This document shows, piece by piece, positions 14,296 to 27,178 of a stretch of 64,000 bases of DNA. The position numbers were made by a program, and so were the translations under genes. Each line of letters opens with the position of its first letter. Positions within the stretch are counted from its first letter, which is position 1. The stretch lies in contig JAWMAR010000276.1 of NCBI GenBank assembly GCA_036785375.1, positions 1,364,001 through 1,428,000 on the forward strand, written 5' to 3'. The DNA comes from Leucoraja ocellata. Taxonomy: Eukaryota. Below the pieces are notes generated by a model. That model was not told the origin of the DNA, did no database searches, and saw only the letters and a list, made by a program, of their open reading frames with translations.

Positions 14296-14685
14296 TATCT
14301 AGTAAAGGAAAGAATAATGTGACAATGAAAATAGACCAAATAACTTAAACAATGCCACCTAATAAGTATTTCCCATCCCATCTTAAACCTACATCCTCTG
14401 GTTCATGATTCGCCTTCTCTGGATAAAAGACACTGTGCATTCACCCTCTTTAGTCTTCTCATGATTTTATACACCTCTATAAGATCACCTCTCAGCCTCC
14501 TGCACTCCAAGGAATAAAGTCCTAGCACGCCCAACTTCTTCCTATAGCTCCATCTTAATGACATCCTGACTATAGCAGGGTGACCAAAACTGAACACAAT
14601 ACTCTAAATGCTGCCTCATCAATGTAACTGTGACATAATAACCCAATACAATGCTATATAACTCTATACAATGCTGGAAAAATCG

Positions 14686-14933
14686 AAGGTACACAAAAAT
14701 GCTGGAGCAATTCAGTGGGTGAGGCCGCATCTATGGAGCGAAGGAATAAGTGACGTTTCGGGTCGAGACCCTTCTTCAGACTGTTGTGGGGGGGGGGGGG
14801 GGGGCAGGAAGAAGAAAGGAAGAGGCGGAAACAGTGGGCTGTGGGAGAGCTGGGAAGGGAAGAGGAAGGAGGGAGAAAGCAAGGACTACCTGAAATTGGA
14901 GAAGTCAATGTTCATACCGCTGGGGTGCAAACT
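14686..14933 (-). mobile_element. Penelope-like element 3' end with minimal hammerhead motif
   Basis: minus strand SLHPSGMNIDFSNFR* followed by CTGAAGA-AGGGTCTCGACCC-GAAACGTC (14752-14779). Confidence 0.7.
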
Positions 14934-15637
14934 TGTTAATCATACCTTCTGCATTCCATCCAAATCATTGATTTCAATCACAACAGCAATGGGTCCAATA
15001 CTGATCCCTGAAACATCCCCACAGCCACAGGCCTCCAGGCCAAAAAAAACAACCATAATTTTCTGCTTCCTTCCATGAAACCAATTCTCTATCCAATCGG
15101 CTAGTTTGCCCCAGCTCATATACGATCTAACCTTCCAGAACAGCCTACCCTGCGAACCTTATCGAATGCCTTGCTCAAGTCCATATTGGCAACACCCCTA
15201 CAGCTTTGCCTTTGACAACCTTTTTGGTTACTTCTTCGAAAAACTCCATTAGGTTCGTAAGGCACCATCACGTTACATGTGACACCATTTTCAGGGAACT
15301 AAATACCTGCATTCCTAGATCCCACTATACTAAACCAGACTGACTATTCCTAATCACCTATGTTTATCCAAATGCATATACATCTTATTCCTCAGAATCC
15401 TCTCGAATAACTTGCCCATCACAAATGTTAGACTCACTGATCTATAGTTCCTGGATTTTCATTGCAGCCCTTCTTAAATAGAGAAACAATGTTAGCTACC
15501 CTCCAATCTTCCGGCACCTCATCCACGTCAAATAATGATTCATATATCTCACCCAGGGCGCCTGCAATTTCTTCTCTAGTCTCCCACCGTGTCCACTGAT
15601 ATACCGGATCAGGCTCAGGAGATTTATCTACTCTCAT

Positions 15638-16664
15638 CATCATCATCATCAGCGGTCACTCAAAACGAGTATGACTGTCCACTCCTCTCCATAGGGTCGT
15701 CTACTTGTGGATCTGTAGATGTCTGTAGAGGCTGATCCGCGATCCACACACCTTGGTGCAATGTGGGTGGGCAGTGGAGACTGGCGGTGGTTGGTAGTCG
15801 TCGAGCCCCCTTCACTCTCTCCTTACGGTGCTGTCGCTTTGTCTAAGTGACACGGCGTAGTTCCGTTTCATGACGAGTTGCTCTACAACATTCCAGAGCA
15901 AGGAATGTTCAGTGCAATGTGCTCCCAGTTGCTAGATGCGATGTGAAATTTCTTCTGACTGTTCTTGATGTTGTCCTTGAAACGTTTCTTTGGCCCGCCG
16001 GGGGCTCACCGACCTTCCTTCAATTGAGAGAACAGGATCAGTTTAGGGATACGCGTGTTGGACATGCGGATGACATGGCCAGTCTATCGAAGTTGCTGCT
16101 GCATTATTGTGGTGGTGATGCCGGCCATGTTGGCTTCCTCCAAAACGCTGATATTGGTGCGTTTGTCCTCCCAGCTGATCCTCAGAATCTTTCGTAAGGA
16201 TCTTTGATGGTATTGTTACAGGGCTCTCAGGTGCCTGCTTTTGGTGGTCCATGAATCGGCTCCATACAACAGGGTGGGGAGGCAACAGTCTGTAGACCAG
16301 CAGTTTTGTTTGAGCCTTTAGGTCAAAGACTCTTTTCCTGAGTCTGGCGTAGGCTCCACTGGCACAACTCAGGCGATGGTTGACCTCAGAGTCAATGTCA
16401 GCTTTTGAGGAAAGAATGCTGTCAATGTAGGGGAAGTGGTCAACGTTTCAAGAGTGGTGTCGTCCACTACCGGCTGGGTAGACAGCTGGTTGGGTGGAGG
16501 TTGATGAAGGATCCCATGGCAGCTCTTCACCAATGAAGAAGTATGGCAGCAATGAAGACGACAAACAGGGTGAGTGCGATGATGCATCCGTGTTTGACCC
16601 CCGTTTCCACAGTGAAGGGTTTGGACTCAGAGCCGCAGTTGGTGAGCACTGTGACTGACATGCC
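15638..16664 (-). mobile_element. 5'-truncated RTE-clade LINE inserted in a CR1 fragment
   Basis: TGVKHGCIIALTLF, GHVIRMSNTRIPKLILFSQLKEG, FKDNIK motifs; (gat)n tail; 12-bp TSD atctac(t/c)ctcat at 15626 and 16665. Confidence 0.85.
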
Positions 16665-17490
16665 ATCTACCCTCATATGTCTCAAGACATCCAGCACCTC
16701 CTCAACCATAATACAGATAGTCCTCAATACATCTCCATTAACTGTGCTAGGTTCCCCAATCATGTATTTCTCCACAGTAATGAGAAATACTCATTGACGA
16801 CCAGACCCAACTCCTGCTGCTCCACATTGAGATGACCACTATGATTTCCGAGGGGCCCTATTCTCTCTAGTTACCCTCTTTCCATGAACGTACTTACAAA
16901 GTCTCTTAGGGTTTTCATAAGTTAAGGGTTCATAAGACATAGGAACAGAATTAGGCCTTTTGGCCATCTTGTCTACTCAGGCATTCAATCAGGACTGATC
17001 CATCTTTCCCTCTCAACCCCATTCTCCTGGCTCCCCCCCGCTCCCCCCATAACCTTTGGCACCCTTACGAGTCAAGAACCTGTCAATCTCTGCTTTAAAA
17101 ATACCCAAAGCCGGCCTCCAATGCCATCGCCAGTAATAGATTCCACAAATTTTCCTTACTATCTGCTAGAGCCATTCCCTACCCCTTTTTTGCCCTCTGA
17201 TTCCTTCTTACTTATGCTCCTCAGTTTCCGAAAATCCTCCAAGTACACGTGTGCCCCACTGCCTACAGCTGTCCCAGGCTTTCTTGTTTTTCCTGACCAG
17301 AGCCTCAATTTCTCTTGACATCCAAGCTTGCTTATTCCTGCCTGCCTTGACATTTACTTTCACCAAAACATGCATGCTCGAACTCATCATCACACTTTTA
17401 AAAACTACCCACTTTTGCCCTCAAACAAGTTTTGCAAGCTCCTGTCTCATACCTTTAAATTAAAGTTGGTCTTTCCCCAATTCAGAATTT

Positions 17491-18167
17491 CAATAGACAA
17501 TAGGTGCAGGAGTAGGCCATTCGACCCAGCACCGCCATTCAAAGTGATCATGGCTGATCATCCCCAATCAGTAACGCGTTCCTGCCTTCTCCCCATATCC
17601 CCTGACTGCTATTTTTAAGAGCCCTATCTAGCTCTCTCTTGAAAGCATCCAGAGAACCTGCCTCCACCACCCTCCAAGGCAGAGAATTCCACAGACTCAC
17701 CACTCTCTGTGAGAAAAAGTGTTTCCTCGTGTCCGTTCTAAATGGCTTACTCCTTATTCTTAAACTGTGGCCCCTGGTTCTGGACTCCCCCATCATCGGG
17801 AACATGTTTCCTGCCTCTGGCGTGTCCAAACCCTTAACAATCTTATATGTGTTAATGAGATCACCTCTCATACTTCTAAACTCCAGAGTGTACAAGCCCA
17901 GCTGCTCCATTCTCTCAGCATATGACAGTCCCGCCATCCCGGGAATTAACCTTGTTAACCTACGCTGCACTCCCTCAATAGCAAGAATGTCCTTCCTCAA
18001 ATTAGGATACCAAAAGCACACAATACTCCAGATGTGGCCTCACTGGGGCTCTGTACAACTGCAGAAGGACCTCTTTGCTCCTATATTCGATTCCTCGTTA
18101 TAAAGGCCAACATGCCATTCGCTTTCTTCACTGCCCGCTGTACCTGCATGCTTACTTTCATAGACTG
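17491..18167 (-). mobile_element. CR1 LINE 3' end
   Basis: KDILAIEGVQRRLTRLIPGM...RGDLI...FFSQRVVSLWNSLP; (ctattgt)n tail. Confidence 0.9.
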
Positions 18168-18674
18168 AATTTCAACTTGTGGCCTTATTCATAACTATTT
18201 TAAAACTAACAGAATGATTGTCATTGGTCCCAAATGGCTCACCCATGGACACAACAGTCACTTGCCCATACCAATTTCCAAACTATATTGGGAAAATTTA
18301 AATCCCCTATGACAATTTGTCTTATAGCTGCATGTAATATCCAGGCCAATATTTTTTCTTCTAATTCTCGCTGCTATTTGAGGACCCATCGTACATTCTC
18401 AACAAGGTGATAGTTTCCTTTATATTAGGTAGACAAAAATGCTGGAGAAACTCAGCGGGTGAGGCAGCATCTATGGAGCGAAGAAAATAAGCAACGTTTT
18501 GGGTCGAGATCCTTCTTCAGACTATATGTTGCTTTATATTTCTCAGCTTGGTTTCTTGGTTTCCTGGTCCTCCAAAATATACAAAATGGAATTGGAGGTG
18601 GTGGAGGGAGGACTTAAGCCAGAAAGGGTTCTTGGGAAGAAAGAGCTACCTTAAATTTTATTGCATCTGGTTGG

Positions 18675-19000
18675 GTAACTATGGTAGGGTGAAGACTATT
18701 CCATGTTTTAATTGTGCGGGGGAAGAATGAATTACTGTACACATCTGCCTTGGTAACTGGTATCTCAAATTAGATCGAATGCCCTCGTCTGCTCCTAATT
18801 GGTTTGGGTTTGGTGTAGGTTTTGTAATTATGTCGAGCTTGCCATTTAGCATTTTGTTAAAACAGGTCAAACGGTGAGCTTCATGTCTGTCTTGGAGAGC
18901 GTTCCATCCCAGTGAATTCAGAAGTTTGGTAACACTCGCTTCTCTCTCATAGGTATAAGTAACAAATCGAGCTGCCTGTCTTTGGACACGTTTGGTGGAA
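18675..19000 (-). mobile_element. CR1-group LINE ORF2 C-terminal fragment, family distinct from the local CR1
   Basis: RVQRQAARFVT...SVTKLLNSLGW...; frameshifted SFFPRTIKTWNSL. Confidence 0.75.
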
Positions 19001-19999
19001 GAATTTTTTTTATTTGATGAAAGTTGCATCTCAGAAAATTTAGGAGACCTGTTGCTTTCACCGTTGCATGAGTCTGACCACCCAAAAAGCCTGATTGATA
19101 TTGGTACTATCGTCTCAGACCACTGCCGTGACATTCTTCTTAATCAATAAAGCTCTTTTACCTCTCCTTCCATTGTACTTGTACCCTGGAACATTAAACT
19201 GCCAGTCCTGCCTTAGCTTGGTTTACATAGCAACTACAACATCCCAGTCACACATACCTATCTAGACCCAGAGTTCATCCACCTTGTCCGTCACGCCTCC
19301 TGCATTAAATTACATACAATTTAATCCCACTGTGCTCCTTGCCTGTCCACTGAATTTTCTTTAATCACCTTCCATACCAACTTTGAGCCTCTCACCTGCA
19401 CTGGATCCCACATCCCTGCCAATCTAGTTTAAACACAACACTAACAGTAACAACCCTGCCTGTCAGGATATAGGTTCCTCGCCAGTGGATCTTGTGTCAC
19501 TGTATAATCAACTTCTGACCTGCTTTGCCAGCCAGTCCAGTTGAATTTCTGGTCAAATCCTGACCACAGGATATTGATGGTGCAGGACTCAGCAAAATTG
19601 TCTCAAGAAGTTAGACTCTCTTATTTTCCAACACTTTGGCAGCACAAATATCATTTGCCACATGTCAGCCCATTCGTGAATATTACTGAGGTATTCTGTC
19701 ATGCAGCTACAATTGTTTCATTTGCTGCGAAACTGCGAATTGAATTGGGTATTGGTAGTCCGAAGACCAACATTCGATCTTACAGCCAAAATATTGATTC
19801 AAAAGCAAACTCGACCTTCTTCGCTTTAAAGTATGACTCTCGACCAGCCTCACATGAAATACTGTGTATCAGTTCACCTGGAGGCGGAAATGGCCAGCTA
19901 CTAAAAGCCGTACTACAGGTAGACGGTGCTCAGTGGTGATAAGTTATGAAGCTATTAGTAACTGAATGCAATTTTTTTTGGTACAAAATAAATGTGACT

Positions 20000-20450
20000 G
20001 ACCTGAACCTCCCCTTGCAGCAACTGGCCCCGACCGACTTCAATGATAAAACCATCTCGATGTGCATGCGCACTCAGTCTCTCGGGGCGGACTGAGTGCG
20101 CATATAACACTAGGTTTCCGTGCTCGTACATACCTGGCACCCTGCCACCTATTCATGTTTCTACCAGCTCGGTGTTCGCCCATGGCCCGCTGCTGCAGGT
20201 GGCGCTGGGCGATGGCGGTGGCGACGACGGCGACGAATGGAGGAAGGAACCGCTGCTTCCAGCAGCCGTCACGTGACGCGCCCGCGCTCCAGGCCTAGTG
20301 CGCGCGGCCGTCCGTTTAACGGTTTCCGACCAACATCGAACGTTGCCGATCCACGTCCTCCAGAGATACGTTCACTCTTTGCACAAGCGACGCTTCGCTC
20401 TTCCGGAGATGCCGCCGCGGTTACTCCAGCGCTCAGTGCTTAGCCAGCTC
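20000..20450 (-). promoter_or_regulatory. CpG-island promoter and candidate non-coding first exon(s) of the ACOT gene
   Basis: CpG-dense; NRF1-like TGTGCATGCGCA 20061-20072, GC box near 20084, YY1-like GATGGCGG 20211, palindromic E-box GTCACGTGAC 20268-20277; minus-strand donors CAG|gtatgt (20133) and CAG|gtcagt (~20002). Confidence 0.65.
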
Positions 20451-20559
20451 GGTTCATGGAAGCTGTGTGCAATCTGCTTGTAGTGGGCGAAATCTTTACT
20501 TCAGAACTCGTCACACGTCTAGCCAGGCTGTTTCAGTACAGACACAATATGGCATTTAT

Positions 20560-21850
20560 TTTACCTAGTCATGTGGAAAATCAGACTTCTATTTGTAGAC
20601 TACAGCTCTGCTTTCAATACCTTTGTCCTATTCAAGCTCATCTACAAACTCGTGGATGTTGGAGTCAACTGGCTTCCAACCTCACTTCCAGCCCAACAGA
20701 CCACAAGCAGGGAGGACAGGCAGGGGGGTGGGGGCAACAAGTGCCATTTGGCATGGGCCGCAATGCTTCAAAGGAATCCTGATTTGGGGGCCTCTGCTTG
20801 ATCTTGGTTTGGAGGCCACTAAAATTGAAACTGGCCTGAGCCTCAGTTCATCTAAGAGAGGGCCTGAGGACAGGTGACAAATCATCCTCGACGATAATCT
20901 TCAACACCGATGCCCGGCAAAGAGGCATCCTCAGCCCCCTTGTTCACTCCATGTACACCCAGACGTGCAGCCAAATGCAAAACCAACAATGTACAAATTT
21001 GCAGACAACATCGTAGGGGATCAAATACCAAATAATGACGAGACGGAGTACATGAAGGAGATTGACAACCTCGTAACCTAGTGCCAAGACAACAACCTTT
21101 CCCTCCATGTCAGCAAGACAAAGGAGATTGATAAACTTCACCAAGAAAAGCTTTACACATAGTATGGGGGGGACTGCTGTGAGGGAGGTGGAGGGAGAGG
21201 AAAACAAAGGAGGACCCGGCATGGGGGGGGCGGGGGAGAACAAAAGAGGACCTGGTGCGGGATACTTTGTAACTTTGTCAGTGCCTTTTATCTGGTGACT
21301 ATTTGCATACCCAAGGCGTGCAAGCAAAGAATTTCACTGTGACTTGTATTCATTCATTCATATTGATGGTGCTGAAGTAGAGATGGTTGAAAGCTTAAAG
21401 TTCTTCGGCGTAAATATCACCAACAACTTGTCCTGGGCCAGCCATATCAAAGCAATGGCCACAAAAACACACTAATGTCTCTACTTCCTTCAGAGGCTTA
21501 AGAAGTTCGGCATGTCCCCAACAACTCTCACCAACTTCCACAGATGTGCCATGGAAATCATTTTATCAGGATGCATCACAGCATTCTCCATTCAAGACTG
21601 CAAGAAATTGCAGAGAATTGTGGAAACAGCCCAGACCATTTTGCAAATCGACCTCACTTCCATTGATCCATCTACACCACGCTGCCTCGTCAAGGCCAGC
21701 AGCACAATCAAGGATGAGTCTCACCCCGATCACTCCCTTCTCCCATCAGGCATGAGGTACAGAAGTGTAAAAACGCATAATTTCAGATTCAAGGAAAGTT
21801 TCTTCCTAGCTATTATCAGGCAACTGAACCATCCTATCACCAACTAGAGA
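20560..21850 (+). mobile_element. Rex1/Babar-type LINE fragments
   Basis: RLLFVDYSSAFNT, KFADN, LYFLQRLKKFGMSPTTLTNFHRC...ILSGCITA; a related minus-strand fragment at ~35895-36250. Confidence 0.8.
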
Positions 21851-23534
21851 GCGGCCCTGACCGCCCACCTACTTCATTGTCTCTATCACAGGCGACAGAC
21901 TATCGACTGATGTCTACTACAAACCCACCGACTCCCACAGTAATCTAGACTCCTCCTCCCACCTACCTCTTACAAAGACACTATGCCCCACTCTCAATTT
22001 CTCCATCTCTGGCACATGTGCTCCCAAGATTAGGCTTTCCATTGTAGGACATCCCAGATGTCCACTTTCTTTAGTAAATGTGTTCTCCCCCTCCTGTCTT
22101 AGATGCACCTAGCAAAATTGAAGTCAACATTTCAATGATTAGAGTTTTATCTTACCGGGAAGATGGTTGTGGATGCTGGAAATCAATAATCCTAGGATGT
22201 CAGTGCAGACGTTCCTCAAGTCAGTGTCCTAGTCCCATCATCAGCTGCTTCAGCAAATATTTTCCTTCCACGACAAGCTCAGAGGTGATGATGGTCCCTT
22301 CTGGTCATACCATTTATAATTTCATTCACAGCTTCTTGACAAGTGAATTAGTCCATGCCTGCATGCTGCAAATCTGAGCAACATTAGACAAAAACTGATG
22401 AGTGGTAAGTAACATTGGGGCCAAAAGTGCAAGTCCATAGTGTTCTTCAGCACGAGGTTCCAATTATTTACCATTGATATTACCATTGCTGAGTGGCTCA
22501 CCATCAACATCCTTGGGATCACGACCTACCAGTAACTAAAATGGTTTGGTCTTATAAATACTGTGATTACAAGAGCACTACGAAGTTTTTCCACCATCTG
22601 AAAGATGTCAGATATATGTGATGGAATACTCTCCACTTGTCTTGATGACTGCAGTTCCAACAACACCCAATAATGTTAACACTGCCCACAAAAAGCAGCT
22701 CCCTTGATTACTACCCCATCCAACACCCCAAAAATTAATTGACTCCAGCATTGATAAAGTTGCTGCAGCGTGTGTCATCTACGTAATGTATTTCCGTTGC
22801 TCCCCTAGGCTGTCCGTCAGCACTTCCCAAACCAGATACCTCTGCTACTGGGAAGGAGAGGAGCATCAAGTGCAGGGGAACATCATTACCTGCATGCTTC
22901 ACTCCAAGACGTACACCATCCTGCTCCAGAAATATATTAGATTCAGATTCAGATTCAATTTTCAGATTCAGACTCAATTTTAATTGTCATTGTCAGTGTA
23001 CAGTACAGAGACAACGAAATGCATTAATGTTCCTTTGTTGACATTAAATTGAAATGATCCACTCCTCCCCTTCACAACTGTACTGTGGAAATATCTGAAC
23101 CATTTCAAGTTTGTAAAGCACCACTTCACAAGGGGAATTAGTCATACACACAAAGTATTTGTTTAACTCCTTTGCCATATCCTTATACCCCCTCAGAATT
23201 TCTTCCAACTCTGTTTCTTCAAATTCTGGCTCTTGAATTTTTTTTTGTTCAAACATCTACTCCCACAATCAGCCACCTCAGGAAGATTTGGCAATGTATA
23301 TATGTTAATTCCCTTACTCATTAATGTTGGATTCAGTACGTTTCCAAACCTGGAGTTTCAATGTCATTGTTCAGGTTTACAGTTTAACAGAATGTTTTAA
23401 AACATAACAGAGGTCACTGTGCTACCTGATTATCTTGAAATCCTTCATAATGCTAAAATAAGTCACCGGTGAAAATTAGCCCTGATTTATAGAGTGAAAG
23501 TTTTCTGATGGAATTCAGTGTAGATATATGTACA

Positions 23535-24050
23535 TGATTAATTTGCAGATTAACTTTTGGGAATCCTGCACCAGCACTCTCAAGTCCCTTTGCACCTTCG
23601 ATTCCTGGATTCTGTCCCCATTTAAAAAATAGTCTACGCCTTTATTCCTACTACCAAAATGCACACCTGCACAATTTGCTACACTATATGCCATCTGCCA
23701 CTTCTCTGCCCACTCTACCAACCTGTCCAAGTCTTTCTGCAGAGTCCCTGCTTTCTCCACACTACCTGCCCCTTCACCTATTTTGGTATCATCCGTAAAC
23801 CTGGCCACAAAGCCTTCAATCATCCTAATCATTAATATACATCATGAAGAGTAATGGCCTCAGCATCGACCCCTGCAGAACTCCACCAGTCACTGGCGGC
23901 CAACCAGAAAAAGCCCCCTTTATTGCCAGTCTTTGCCTTTTGCCATCCAGCCAACCTGCAGGCCATACTAGTATCTGCCCTTTGATACCATGGGCTCTCA
24001 TCTTCCTTAGCAGTTTAACGTGTGGCACTTTATCAAAAGCTTTCTGAAAA
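23535..24050 (-). mobile_element. CR1 LINE RT fragment
   Basis: GGVLQGSMLRPLLFMMYIND, ARFTDDTKIG. Confidence 0.85.
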
Positions 24051-27000
24051 TGTAGTTAAGCAACATATACTGATGGTACTAAAGGTGATATGGTTCCTAG
24101 GAACTGAGATGTTTGAGGGGCAGCAGGATGGTGATTGGGTCTTGTCATTGAGACCGGGGAGCAAGATGTTTATGCAGATGGGCAGGATCCCCACTATCAT
24201 CTTCTGAACATGTGTTTGAGAGAATGCTCACATTATTTGCACAATAGCAAGTGCCAACAACAGCTAAACGAATCACCACCTACATAAGTTTCCATCAACC
24301 TGGCCTCCAAACAGATCATATAATTGAAGACCAATTTCTGCTTCACCTATTATATGTCCTCTCGAGGTTATGATGGGATTCCATTCTTAAGAATCTGAGC
24401 AAGTGCCCACCGAGTCCACACCGACCAGCGATCCCCACACATTAACACTATCCTACACACAGTAGGGAAAATTTTACATTTACACCAGACCAATTAATCT
24501 ACAAACCTGTACGTCTTTGGAGTACGGGAGGAAACCAAGGATCTCGGAGAAACCCTACGTAGTCATGTGGAGAATGTACAAACTCCATACAGATAGCACC
24601 CGTAGTCAAGATCAAACCCAGGTCTCCGGCTGTAAACGCTGAAAGGCAGCAACTCTACCGCTGCACCACCGTGGCCGCCCATTAAGTGTACATAATGGGC
24701 GGCCATATTGTCCACAATTAGTGATAATTTTGCTTTTGTTTTGTTTAAAAAATGCTGGCATTTTTACAACTTTAAAAGCTACGTCTGAACCGCATGTAAA
24801 CTTTCCCCAATCAGCTTCTCTTTCTACAAAGTTAAAGGTTGTTAACTTTGGTACCTTGTTCCATCACAGATGCATGTAGAATCTCTATAAGATTGAAATT
24901 TCCAGGCATTACTAAAGGGGTAAATTAATTTTGAAGACGAAACCTGATTTTCCAATCATTTAATCCCAATAAACTGCCAAAAAATAAATAAAGCTGAGAT
25001 TTTAAAGGCCAAATTCAATTGCTCACATAAACAGATTTAAATTTCTCAGGTGAAGCTGGGGATTCAGGGCTTTATGCCTGCCATTTTGTGGGCTGATTTT
25101 ACTGCTACCTAATATCAGGCTGCATCTCTTAAAGTGGAGATATATTTTCATTAGGTACACAAAGATGCTGGAGAAACTCAGCGGGTGCATTGATTTTCAT
25201 TGGCAGGCAGTGTTGGCAAATATACTGTGTTGCCTAATATTCAGTGGCCGTACACTTGAGGTTAAGATTACCAAATACAACTTATCAGCTTCACCACCAC
25301 CTGCGGCTTCATCATTGGCTATGAATCAGGTCACACATTTCAAATTTTGAATTAGGATATAAATACAACATTGAGGCAGGAAATAACAACTGGTCAAAAA
25401 TCATATATAAAGAAACCTAGATTTGAGTTGTAAGCAGACAATGGAGCAGCTAACAGCTCATTCCCATTTTAGGGCAAACAAAGTGAATGTTATAATGCAT
25501 GAGTTAGATATATGAAAAGTTGCATTTATTTTATACGTATCCTTTGCAAAGGATAATAAAGCATCACATTGGAATTAGACTGAACTGACCTGCTTCAGAA
25601 AACAAAACTCTGCAAGTCCAGCAACAAGTGTGAAAAGAGAAACCAGTAAATGGAACTCTTCTGAGGACGATGGTGTTTTGATTGACTGAGTTCTTCCAGC
25701 ATTTTCATCCACATCAATGCGATAAAACTCTCTACGATGTAATTTGAAAGTGCAATCGGTGAGCCACTCAACTATTCTTTTGAGCTATTTCATACCTGAT
25801 TATACTTCAATTCTCCTTTTTCCTTTGGAAAGCACTATGGGATTTCTATTACAAAATTAATTCTGCCAATCTTATGCAAAGAATTATCACAACAACTGTT
25901 CACCGGTTCATTAGGTGAAGGCGGCACAGTGGTGCAGCGAAAGAATCGCCAGAGATCCTGACCTCGGGTACTGTCTTTACAGAGTTTGTATGTTCTCTCT
26001 GTGACTGTTTGTACGTTCTCTCTTTGATTGAAATTTTGATGAAAGTTTCGCAGGTTTCCTCCCACATTCTAAAGATGTGCAGGTTTGTAGCTTAATTGCT
26101 TTCTGTAAATTGTCCATAGTGTGAAGGATTAAACTAGTGTACGAGTGGTTGCTGGCCGGCGTGGATTCGGTGGGTCAAAGGGCCTGTTTCCACACTGTAT
26201 CTGTAAACTAAATTAAAACTGAACACTAGGAACAAGGGGGAAAAATCTCCAGTGCAAAGTTCATGCAAAGTGCTACTCTAAATTTCCGGTGAGATCTTTC
26301 TTCAAAATTCTTCCATTGTACCTCACAGCTTTTCTATGGAAGCATGATTGAATCAACAGTTACTGGCGTACAAGTTATGTTGGTCTTATGTAAACTTTCA
26401 AAGTCTGATTGTCTTTTCTGGGGGACAATTTGCAACCTTGTCGTCGTCGTCTGTTAGGGCCTCCCATGCTGAACAGGTCGAAGGGTAGAGGCGAGACAAA
26501 GAGTGATCCACTGGTCCTCTTAAGCACATGGCTAACACCCCTGTCTCGTAAAACAAATGTTACGGAAACAGCAATTGACAGGAGTGGAGGACCTTTGTTG
26601 CTGCCCTACATGCCAGGAGGTATAATAGGCAGTAAGTAAGTAATTTGGCATGGCACCAGTTTAAATCGTATGAGCTTGTCTGAACAAAAAATATTCTGCA
26701 TGTAAAGATCAAGCCACAAACTTGTATATGTGAAATTCTGAATCCCCCGCCTTAATTGGTATGTTTAAATATTTCATTTTCTATTATGCTGCATTGAAAA
26801 ATGCAAATATTTTTCATGCAATTTTGCTTAAAAAGTTACCAGTTTAGCCACACTAAATGTTTCTTTAGCATACTCAATCTATATTTGTGGTAAAGATCAG
26901 AGTCGTGACGTACAAAAATTATACCAATCACATGTGCCCAATGCCTTTGCATAAAAGCCAAGAGGAATTAGTGGTCTAACAAAACTTGCAACAATTATAC

Positions 27001-27129
27001 TCGTCTGCCTTCACACATTGTATCTTTGTATGTAAAGAAACGGATCATCTGATGATTTACAAGAAATAATAGGGTGAGCTGCGTTGTGGTTGCTGAGAGT
27101 TTCATGGTCCAGCTGGTGACTACGGTGAC

Positions 27130-27178
27130 ATGGAGACATCATTTTACATTATCCTACAGCTGTTAATACCTTTTGCAG
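27130..27178 (+). CDS. VJ-C1 receptor exon 1, signal peptide METSFYIILQLLIPFA
   Basis: gacATGg context, hydrophobic, G|gtatga phase 1. Confidence 0.8.

Noticed and set aside
25920-26000. tRNA-like A/B-box sequences (also 640, 24600, 47950, 62300)
   Set aside because: Heads of V-SINEs; no complete cloverleaf.
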